Assembly: GCA_051362555.1 (NCBI GenBank)
Contig: CM120641.1
Location: 5,270,001-5,334,000 of the forward strand
Direction of reading: 5' to 3'
DNA length: 64,000 bases
Origin: Lingula anatina
Lineage: Eukaryota > Animalia > Brachiopoda
In this document: positions 53,209 through 64,000 of the stretch, piece after piece
Layout of the letters: every line of letters starts with the position of its first letter
Position numbering within the stretch: the stretch's first letter is position 1
The notes under the pieces: model-generated
The model's input: the letters and a program-made list of their open reading frames with translations, nothing else
Database searches by the model: none
What the model was told of the DNA's origin: nothing
Position numbers and translations under genes: made by a program

Positions 53209-56200
53209 AAAGGTAAAAGCAGCTAAAACAAGAATTTCAATGATCTTATTTAAGAATTTTAATTAATAAAAAAAGTTGCACCATTTCTCTGGATGCCAAA
53301 ATTGCTTTTAAACTAAAACTGCTTTAGGTCAAAGCACAAACTAACAAAATACAGTTCACAAAGGAGTCGAAGCCACAAATAAAGCTTCAATTGGTGGTGA
53401 CAATTGTAAAAATACACAACTTACTCCACATTTCACACACACTGTTTTTGCCCAGGGGATGAAAAGGGCATACCCAGGGGGGCGAGACCTGTGGCCATCA
53501 TGTTCTTCTATCCGTGAAATCTGACCTGTAATTTTAAGTTTATGTAACTATACTTCTTATTCAATAATACAGCGGCACATACAAGAGGTCAAGAACGTTT
53601 GTGTTAGTGTTGCAGCATGAGAAGTATTGCATTATCTGTAACTGTCTACCTTCATAAAGAAGCCAAAATACAAAGACTATCTTAATATTTCTTTCTTTTG
53701 TCCAAGTCTGTCAGAGTGAAGAGTCGAAACAGTCAACAGGTAAATCAAATTTCAGGATCTATCATAAATGAAAACTTTCTGACTAACTAATAAGCAGGTT
53801 TTTGATGCAGATTGGCAATTGTGCTAGCCTAATCCAAACTGTTGTTAATATTTTCAAAAACTGTCATATGATGCATACCAGCTATTTCATCTATGTCCAC
53901 CATGTTTCTGAATTTAATAGTTCGACCTCGATATTGACTTTTTAAATCCATCTGAAAATGAACAACTGAAGTTTATTTCATAGACCAAATATTGGTGTGA
54001 TAAAAACAACATCGTCTAACTCCTCCATCTGGCAAAGGATGGTGAGCTTTTTCTAGTCATAATCCAAGTAATACATGCATTAGCATGTTTGAGGATAATT
54101 AACAATGAAATTCTTCTAGAATGAATAAGTAGATATATTTATTCCATTTTCAAGCAGTGTGAAAAAGGATTTGGTTATGTTAAAGAGACAACATGCCTTT
54201 AGGATATAGGCACAGGTCATTTGGGGAGAAAATCCCACTGTAATTACTAATAATATATACCAGATCATGCAGAGCCCTGTATTTCCTAAAGATTTCTGCC
54301 ATACTCCATTCCCAGTTTACTTTAGCCAAATCTGAATGTAACTTGTGGGCTGTAATTTAAAAGCATTTCAGAGTCATAGTTATTCACATATATATAGAAA
54401 ATAATAAAACAAGAAAAATAAAATTACCCCATGTGCACAAGAAAAATTAAATTACCCCATGTGTATGTTTGTGTGCGTGTTTACAAAATGTAAACATGAA
54501 TGACTAAAAACAATTTACATTCCAATATTTCAAAAGTCAAACAATGATTTATTTGCTTAAAATGACCCTTAGAAGACAAGAGTTGACCAAAAGTGAAATC
54601 AAAATACACTGTGGTGCAAATCAAAGCACTTTTTCTCAGCTGTAAGTTTCAGTGTTATGGAGTGCTTTATATATTTTATAAAAAAGTACCATAAGTTATT
54701 CTTGATGGGTCTTGCTCACTCTCAAATCTCTCCAACCAATGCAAATCAGACAAAGCCTCCACAAGCTGAAAATAAACAATTAGCAATGTTATATATACAG
54801 TATATATAGTAAACTTGAAACTAAGTAGTATACTTCAGATTAATATGTAACCATTTATTAATTTATTTTGTCATTATTTTATGAATCAAAATACAGTTCT
54901 TCAGTACTTGTAGCAAGATGAATTACCAAATGTCCTCCTCTGATGGCCAAGGTTTTTTCTAATTGGGCTCGAGTGATCTTTGGTGGAACTGAAATCTTCT
55001 CAGATATAAGTATAGGCCCAATATCAAAGCTAGAATGGAAAAAAATAGATATAATGAAAAGTTAATATCACAATATCTAGAAAAGTACTTTTTCTTCTCA
55101 TTTACAGATTATAACATGTTGACTTCAATAAGCTTACAATCCATAATAAGACTGATAACAAATTCTATGTACTTAATACTCAGAAAACAACCGCACTGAT
55201 GAGATAGTGCAAGGGAATATAGGTAAAAAATATCAATGAACTTTTCTGAGTTGCATCACACTTAATCATGTTCACAACATGAAATCAAAACAATTTGGAA
55301 AGCAAAGAGGACTGGATATCAGATCATTGTGTTTTTTAGTCTCATATGATGCAACACAGACTGACACCCTTGTTTAAAGCTATTTGGGGTGATCCCCATT
55401 ACCTCACATTATTCAGTGATTCCACAACACTTACTGCTTTGGTCTTATTTCTGTAATAGTGACCCCAGTCACTGCATCATTATGAAGCAGACAATGTGCT
55501 ATAGGTGAAGCACCTCGCCACCTCGGTAGTATACTGGGGTGGACATTCAGAATACCACTGGAAAAAATTATTACAAGTTTAAATTGCATTTTCTTTAAAT
55601 GTAAAATTAAAATGGAAACACCTTTCATTTACAATACACTCAAATATCACAACTGCTTATTCATGAAATCTAAGAATCCTTTATTAGTTTTACTTACTAA
55701 GGAAACATGTGTATAACCCTCTCTGGAATCAGCCTTCCAAAAGAGCTGACAACACCTACATCATATGTGTTGTGTTTGTCTCCAATTGGCCAGTCTGAGA
55801 CATTTAATCCATTTTCATCTGCATATTTTCTCACAGGGCACTGTAAAAGAAATTTTTCAATACTGACCCTCATTACGGTCATCGAATATACACCAAATAC
55901 AAATCTCATTAATATTCTAATATTCCTTCTAGCTTTGAGTAGAACACATAGAAGCAGGTGACTATACAAGTACACTGGAAACAAGAGGTTTGTAAATCAC
56001 TCAGTGAGTCCCTATAGAGTCCCCAGTAGCTACTGCTACCTAAACTATACTGAACAGCCTCTTTAACAGTTTGCAAGAGAACACTGTAAGACTGGGTTCC
56101 TATACCTAGATCAATCCATCCAGATCTGTCTAACTCCCTGGGGAGTCTCACTAAATTGCTATCAACTAATCAGCTTAAATGTATGTCACGCCTACCGAAT

Positions 56201-57213
56201 CAGCTTTACTAGGCGTGACAGATTTTAAGCCGGTTGAGTTTTTAGCAATTTTGTGAGACTCCCCAGGGAGATACATCAATCCAAATATCTGTGGAAATGG
56301 TCACTTAGAAACAAAGTACTGATTTATTCTTCAATTGAATGATACTTACAGGTTTCTTCAACTTTAGAGCAACTACATCTAAATGTTCTATTAGGGTATG
56401 ATTATCCCTTAATCTGAAAAAAATATAAAAAGTTATAATAGTTCATAAAAAAGATGATGACTGCACTTAAAATAGATACGACAACCCTATGAATCTGCTT
56501 CTGATGAGAAATAAGATCAGTGTTTAAAGGCATAGGCCTACATAATGTCTTTAAATGTTTTACAATGCCCCAAATGGGCCCAAAGTCATATATTTGTTTC
56601 AATATCCTGCATATTTCTGGATCGTGCAATGGTTTGTGTGTAAAAGAAAACTGTTTATTTTTTCTTGAGGAAAATTTGATTAAGTATCAAAGTCCTAAAT
56701 AGAATACCTTTAACAGTCATTTAGTAAGCTATCAGTTGCGTAAAAAAAAAAAAAAAATCAGATTAATTCTCATAGATTTGATTGAAAACTTGATGGTCAT
56801 ACATTTTCGAGATCAAAAACTCACCTTGCATCATTCAATGCTTTTAAAGTTTCCAAAGAAAATTCATCAGTTCCAATAAATAAAATTCTCCAAGGAGGTT
56901 CTACACGAAAAGAGACTGGTACTTTCTTGTTGACAAATGTGCATGAACTGCAAAACCTCTTGCCACATAATTCAATAGGAACTAATCCTTTATTGCCTCT
57001 TCTAGGTGTTAAAAAACCAAATGTTCTTGGGAAAAGTCCAGTTGATTTTCTTACACCTTCTTGGAGTTGAAACCCAGAGTAGGCGAGTTTTTGAACAATA
57101 TTTCTGGAACCATATTGAAGCAGATACACTTCAGTTTGATTGTTTTTTGGTAATGTCCTTATCTGCATACAGCATGGTAAGGAAGTTTTAACAGACATCC
57201 GCAAGTGGAACAT
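52973..57213 (-). CDS. MTFMT: Mitochondrial methionyl-tRNA formyltransferase (~434 aa)
   Basis: Exons 57213-56825, 56413-56350, 55840-55698, 55557-55435, 55029-54927, 54765-54690, 54349-54261, 53951-53879, 53525-53425, 53116-52973. Motifs [62 protein letters not shown]. Basic N-terminus fits a transit peptide. Confidence 0.93.
56133..56270. mobile_element. Foldback MITE with ~28-bp TIRs and a nested internal inverted repeat
   Basis: TIRs ctccctggggagtctcactaaattgcta / tagcaattttgtgagactccccagggag; internal tgtcacgccta / taggcgtgaca. Confidence 0.7.
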
Positions 57214-57845
57214 ATTGTGTTTTTTTCTGTTGGCTTGTTGACATCAATGTAATCAACTGGCTGTTTTCTTGTAATTCAACGAATAGAGGACTTGACTGTG
57301 CAGGGTTATAAGCAGATCCCAGCTCATATGGCAGGCACACATTCAGCAGCTATCTGGTAAAACAAGATGTATCCACAAATTTTCAAATAAACAACTGTCA
57401 CAACAATTAACTCTTCATTCTATTAACATTTTTAACAAGTTAAGCAGCATTACCTAATTTAATTGAAAACTTTTTACATATACATATGTGTCACGTCAAT
57501 AAAGGTATATGTATGTTTGACCAAAAAGGTACGTCTGGTCATTATAACAAGAATGAAAAGCTGCACAGAATTTTTCCCCAAAATAATTATTCGAGTTATT
57601 TAATTCAATCTTGAAATAACCCAAGGGTGGCATGAGAATGATTTTTATGTCAAATATGTATGCAGTTCTGCAATGTAGTATGGTTCCACAGTGAAAAATA
57701 TCATTATGATACCTAAATTTCAAGGTATCATAACTGAAATCTGTTTAAAATATCAAATATTTGTTTCGGTGCCCCTTTAGAAATTATTGTGTATGAAATT
57801 TTACTCTATTTGTCAGTTATCAGCAAAATATCCATGAGGCGCGCC

Positions 57846-58733
57846 TTTTTTGACAGGGCTGCAGACATAAGTCGATGCCGAAAACTGAGGAAAAACATGC
57901 GGCAACTATTCCGAGAGTTAGGGTGAACGAGGTAAAAATCTAGTTTTTGGTATCCGCTTTTGTGTATTATTATTATTTCTAAACCATGTATATGACATAG
58001 ACAACTGTATAATACACAAGTTAATATGCACACATACCTTGCAAAACGAATTTCTAAATTACAAAATGTCGATTGGATGTGAAAAAGAAGCCGTAACAGT
58101 AGTGTCCTTTCCAACTTACGAAACGTGCAGATGGTTGCAGATGGGAAATAACTAGTCACCGATAACACGTACTTCTAATAATTTACCTTCCCAAAAACCT
58201 GCATGATTCGTGAAAACATAGCAATAGAGTTCAATAGCGTTACAGTGATTCTTGCCAAAGGCTGATTGCTTTCATTTATTGGTAATTGACTTGTTTTAAT
58301 CCTGGTGATTGATCAAGGAGTTTTAATATTGGTGATAGGTGATACCATATATTAAGGGGAGGGGGGGGGAGGGGATTCCCCATCCTCAATCAGGGAAAAT
58401 GAGAAATTCCTTAAACCATTCCTGCTTTGAACTGCACATGATTCAAAAGTCTGATGGTGGAGAGGTTGCAAAGTTTGTCAGGAGATGATGATTAAATTTT
58501 ATAAGATTACTTCAGGCATATCTTTCATTTATAGCACTCATCCCTTTAATTCACCCTAACTCTCGGAATAGTTGCCGCATGTTTTTCCTCAGTTTTCGGC
58601 ATCGACTTATGTCTGCAGCCCTGTCAAAAAAGTCTGATGGTGGAGAGGTTGCAAAGTTCGTCAGGAGATGATGATTAAGTTTTATAAGATTACTTCAGGC
58701 ATATCGTTCATTTATAGCACTCATCCCTTTAAT
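57846..58733. repeat. 82-bp perfect inverted repeat whose second arm lies between 106-bp direct repeats
   Basis: 57846-57927 is the exact reverse complement of 58550-58631. 58445-58550 matches 58628-58733 with 3 mismatches. Confidence 0.92.
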
Positions 58734-59678
58734 GCCTCATCCCCTTGTGGAAGATTGATATAGCACATGCATGGAAATGACCTTAATAGCTTATGGGCAG
58801 TCTCAAAGCAGTATGCCTCTCTTGTGTTTCCACTACATTAAAAATTGCAACTTAATGGTTGCGATTTCACAATTTAAAATAAAATTTACCTTTGGGCATA
58901 AAAAAGTTTCCAAAGAAAATGTGCACTTATATAACATATGATGTATGTATAAACTAGGGAGATTTAATGTCAATTATATTCAATGTTTATTAAACAAAGT
59001 TCAAATATGTTTCATCATTTGTTTTATGTCATTAAGAACATTCAAATGTAAGCACTGGTCAAAGAATAAGTGGGAAATGCACTGTTGCCAAGACATTTCA
59101 TAAACACTCATAAGTTAATTAACACTCATAAGTTAGGCATATAAATTATCATAATATAGCTATAAAACTAAAAATCAAAATAAACTCATTTGACCTAAGT
59201 TTATTTAGATTGCAAAGCTCTCCTTGGTTACATAATGATGTGAAGACACCATCAGCACATACCGCACCCACTGATACCAAGCAAATGAAAAAAATTTTAC
59301 AGTACAAAGTACAAAAATGTGCATATGTACAGTGCATGTTATTGTTTCAAAGCACAAAGTATCTTAAGTATTACCTTACTTAAAACTTTTGAGTTTTTTA
59401 GTTGTACAAAACTTTTTATCTTAAAGCAAAGCAACTGTTTATTTGGTTGCACTAAAAAAAGACAAAGTTTTAATAATGTAAAAAAAAAACTATTTCTTCC
59501 TATAAGATGGAAACTGACAATGATTCATTAGGCACTAATTTGATTCATGTTTTAAGTACACTCAACGCAAAACAAGTTTATCAGCATTTCAACTTGACCC
59601 TCTTCAGAATGAATCAATCTGTTGGTCAGATTATACATTTTCAAAACTGTTCATCTTTCAACTTAATTGCACAAGTCT

Positions 59679-62600
59679 TCATAAGTCGTTGTTTTTGATA
59701 AATCTGTTACCCTCTGAATGCCTCCCATAGTACACATACTTGCTAACTCCAAGGACACCTGTAAACAATAATAAAACAGAAAGATCTATTAGTCAATGGT
59801 GCTTTTCATTTTAGAGGTCAAATGTTGAACATAAACCACATTTAGACATAAGAGTCTACAAGTTTGCTGACATATTTGGATGAATGCAAACTCTTACAAA
59901 ATATGCAAAAAGTGTATAACAATTAATAAAAAATAGTGAAATTTATACTTTCTTCAAATAACAAGTGGTTTCTTTTCCTTTTCAAGTAAAAAGATATTTG
60001 TAATAAGATAACCATATCTTAATTTTACCTCCTTTCCCCCCTCCCTCTCTCAGGGATGTAGAGAGGGGTGTGTACTGTGATGCTGTAGGACTTTCCATAT
60101 CTGGGTTATCATCCTACAAAGTAGCATGCTAACATTTAATATACATATTATGGGCTACAAAAATAGTGTACTAACATTTAATACAAATATTCCAGGCATT
60201 TGTCATACTTTTACTTTTGAATTCATTCATTAGGTTTGTCAGTAGGCCTCTTACAATACTTTCTCATTTGACACAGTGAACAAGAGCTAATAGCAATGTA
60301 ACTGGTCAAAATTAGAACAAAACCCAAAATTTAAAAATGTGCAAATTTCAAAGAAGATAATGTCTTCTTTTGGGGCCTTTAACAGAAAAAAAACAATTTA
60401 TTAGGCGAAGTTGTGATTATTATTATATATGGCAATATAAAAAATTCACCAACCTCTGTATCTGCTGGACGAACAACACTCAAGAAGGCACCTTGCCTCT
60501 TTGCTTCAGCCCGTTCTGCTTCTTTGACTGGTGATGAGTCCAGAAACTTTAGACGAGGTACACGATACAATACATACATTCTACAAAATGGTAAGAAAAT
60601 GTATCCAACAGAAGTGTTCACTGATGATGCAAAATCTACATTCTGGAACACAGTCAACTTTTAACTTCATGGCAAAAAGTGATTTAACATATGATGTAAT
60701 TTGTAATATCTATGATTTGCTCTCAAGTTGCTTTAATTTGTCAAAAAAATAGTTGAAAACTTTACAGATAACGAATATTCAAGTTATTTTTCTGTTCTAA
60801 TACAAAAATGAAAAAAAAATGTTTTGATTATTTATTGAAACATCCTTACAATGACAAACAATATTTCAATGCCATCTACATAAACAACTCACCTGTATCT
60901 CCTGTAATCGTCATCATCCTTGTCTAAACTTGACAGCTGATTTGGGCATGCCACATTTCCTAGTAAACTGAGGAATGTTAGTGAGGGGCAATTCTTGTTG
61001 ATTTGTTCCAGAAGGCTTTCTAAATCTGATATGTTATATAAGTTAAAGAAAGATGGCCAAATAAGGAATTTAAACCTATTTTTCTTGTTTTAAAGAAAAG
61101 AATTAAAGATCCAAATTAATATAAGTAGTCAAATCTAGATGAAAGTTCCATAATGAAATAAATGGTGATTTCATATAGTACTTATAATCTTATTTAACAC
61201 ATTCAAACATCCAATCATATTGCATTTTGATCAAAGGATATTCTGTTCTTATTTAGGCTGATTGTATGAAGTTTTGTCATCTGTGGGATATTAATGCTGT
61301 CATCAACTTCATTGTTGTCCAAGATAAGTTCTTCTAAATTTGGAAAATTTTCTAGTCCATCCAGAGTACTAAAATTAAGTAAATGGCAAATATTTAAAAA
61401 TTCACATTACATCATAAGTTTTTGAAATTGTTCGTAATTATAATTCTCAAACTTTTTTCTAATCGATCAAAATCCATGCAATTTTACTCTGCCCATTGAA
61501 ATTCTAACGTGAAATTAAATAAAATGACTTTATTTAATGTTCATTCATATCCTAAGGTACCTAAATAGTTTATTTCTGAATGGTGATACAATATGTTTAA
61601 ATCACCTGATTCTATTAAAGCTTAAGTCTAATGTCCTTGTCACAGCACCATATGATTTGGCCAGATGGTCAGGAATTCTGTCACAGTCATAACCCATGAA
61701 GGAAAGCTGGAAGTAGAAACAATATACAAGCTGAAATAAAATGCATGAGTAAAAAGACAGAAAACATCACTATTATCAAATCTTAATTATTAAAATTATT
61801 ATTGAAATAATCTAGTAAAGTGAATACAAGCCAAAAATATTTTAGGAAAGTAGCAATGCCCACTGTGCGAATTGGATCTTGAAGGGAGTCCAAGATACAA
61901 ATTTAAGTGGTAGGGGGGAGGAGGGATGAGAAAAATAATCATTAAAAAGAAAAATGGTGATGTGGGGTGCGGTGGATTTAGATAATGACAAAAAATATGT
62001 ACTTGAGGTTGTACATTGATTAACAAGTCAACAGCCTACAGCAATATTGTAATGACTACATATACAATTGACTTTAGGAAGTGGATATGATCCCTAAGCA
62101 CTCCCTTACATAAGTGAGTGAAGAGTTCACCTTGATAATGATTCAGCTTACACTAAAAAATAAACTCTTACGTAAGTATAAAGCAGATATATATATCTGG
62201 CTCATATCAGCTTGTGCATGACTGCCTGTGTGCTCAGTGCATCAGATACCAACCCTCTTGTGCCTTGAACATATTCTACTAGTATGGTCCATGCTTTAAT
62301 CACTTAAAGTTATCCATCACCCAAGTTCGTAAAAGCCCACTAAAGCCACTAAGCCTTTCTAGTGCTGTGTGCGCATGGCATAATCACTCCAATGTATGGA
62401 TGTAACTGCATGTGCACAAATACCAGAACAATCTGGGGAGTATCAGTTGAAACAATGCTGTTTGCTTTGCATATTCATCCAATTATTGACCTCTACTGGC
62501 TCTTGCAGTACGTGACATCGATCCTTATATTCATACAGTAGTAAGATGCTGAGAATTATTGTGAGCTGATGTTTTTGTGTCTCTGTATCACGTAAAAGTC

Positions 62601-63127
62601 TGTCAGGTCAAAACAATGTTTGTTATTCAAATCCTTTGTTTCTTCATTGTAAGGTGTTGGTCTGCTAATAAGTTACTGCAAGTAAGTCAGTAGCAGAGCA
62701 AGTCCTTAGGCAAATCCTTCACCAAGAAAGATAAGTTTAGCTGCTTGCAAGGCGTATCAATCAAAGTCGTTCAAATAGTCAAATTTTAATTATTTATACA
62801 AAGAGCACATATAAGAGACAATAAAAAAAGAGTGCAAACGCATGAAATTTCGTGCTAACTGAAGCAGAGCATGTAAGGCCGAAAATAGTTATAATTAAGC
62901 CGGTCAAAGGTCCCTTGTAGGAAATTTTTTAACGAATGTAATTTTTAAAATTGTTTTTGGAATACAGTCAGCTCACATGTCAGAGACATAGTTCATAATG
63001 TTTCATGATATCTAACATATATTTTTGGTTTAAATGAGGTACTTACCTGACCATTTTGAACTGTTACTGCCACGGTTTCTTCGGCATTTTTACTTTCTCT
63101 ATTCTGCTCCTCTTCCTTCTCGGCCAT
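59679..63127 (-). CDS. LRMDA: Leucine-rich melanocyte differentiation-associated protein (C10orf11)
   Basis: Exons 63127-63047, 61706-61606, 61368-61242, 61032-60893, 60580-60454, 60113-60029, 59758-59679. LRR motifs LDLSFNRI, LEELILDNN, ISLNKNRI, FLSLLGNVACPNQL, DYRRYRMYVL..LKFLDS. Diagnostic C-terminus YVYYGRHSEGNRFIKNNDL*. Confidence 0.93.
61033..61241 (-). other. U12-type (minor spliceosome) AT-AC intron of LRMDA
   Basis: 5' splice site ATATCCTTT, branch TTCTTTAAC ending 9 nt before the intron end, terminal AC. Splicing joins NKNR|ISDL in frame. Confidence 0.9.
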
Positions 63128-63762
63128 TCCGCTTGTTGACATCACATGACTGATGACCTATTTCGGAAATGAGAGCACGTGTAAACCTGTGCTTGGTTCC
63201 TAATAACAGCCTGTACTCAAGAGGCCAGATGATTATTTCTGAAGCACCATTCAAAATATAACCTCACATTAGGAGAGGTAAAACGTATTTTGGTTGCGCA
63301 GGAATAAAATAGAGTAAAGACCACCATGACCTCAGCAAAATATCAAACTGAATATAAAATCTAAATTACAGCAAATATGAACGTTACGTTCCTAACTTCG
63401 GTTTGCTCTACGCTCACAAACACGGTTCATTAGAACCACTTGCGTACTCTATGATGGTAAACGTAAAATGAGTAATTCGACTATGTAGCATTAGGGTAAG
63501 CCACTTTCTTCTTTGAGACCTCGTTGATCCCAGCTGTCTCGTGTATGTGACGTGCGTGTTAATTGTGTGCGTTGGCCGGTGTGCATTTGTGCTATACTTA
63601 TGATTATCATTACTTTTATTTTTAAAAACAAGTTCGACTGTTCACACTGCTATAAAGTGCTAGATATTGCTATGGAAATAACTCCAGACAGAATATATCT
63701 GATATTATCTCAGAGTCAAGATCTGTCAAGGGAACAAATCTACCAGTTTACAGTGACGCTAC

Positions 63763-63970
63763 GGGGGCGTCTCGATAGTCCGAAGGTTCATTGGTCCGAA
63801 GGTTCATTGGTCCGAAAATTCGTAAATTTTTCATCAGATTTTCATCAAAAAGGTTCATTGGTCCGAAGGTTCATTAGTCCGAAAATTAAAGGTCCATTGG
63901 TCCGAAGGTTCATTAGTCCGAAGGTTCGATAGTCCGAAGGTTCATTAGTCCGAAGGTTCGATAGTCCGAA
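63763..63970. repeat. 16-bp tandem/subterminal repeat array, probably the end of a non-autonomous DNA transposon
   Basis: Repeated gtccgaaggttcattg / gtccgaaggttcgata units following ggggcgtctcgata. It may continue past the window end. Confidence 0.75.
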
Positions 63971-64000
63971 ACATTTTAAGATGTTCTTCGATTTTAAGAA

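Noticed and set aside
57875-57931. Plus-strand mini-exon MPKTEEKHAATIPRVRVNE ending at gag|gtaaaa
   Set aside because: No downstream plus-strand exons could be found.
63763-63970. Short regularly spaced repeats as a CRISPR array
   Set aside because: The 16-bp units are head-to-tail without unique spacers, the context is eukaryotic, and there are no cas genes.

Overview
AT-rich, intron-rich metazoan genomic DNA, probably a lophotrochozoan invertebrate such as a mollusc (inferred from gene content and repeat types). Exons were assembled by hand using GT-AG boundaries and phase continuity. Seven spliced protein-coding genes are supported: (1) the 3' part of the golgin TRIP11/GMAP-210 (+); (2) a complete 11-exon, ~518-aa ANKFN1/wide-awake paralog with no ankyrin, FN3 or RA domain (+); (3) a SAP-domain plus Cys/His-rich protein (-); (4) an SV2-like MFS transporter (-); (5) NATD1 (+), head-to-head with the SV2 gene; (6) mitochondrial MTFMT (-); (7) LRMDA (-), which has a U12 AT-AC intron. 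The window also holds a frameshifted insulin-like secreted-peptide candidate, a Helentron-type element carrying a nuclear-receptor-motif tandem array, several MITEs, a duplication with an inverted templated insertion, and a candidate 12-nt microexon. Family assignments come from recalled motifs, not database searches.
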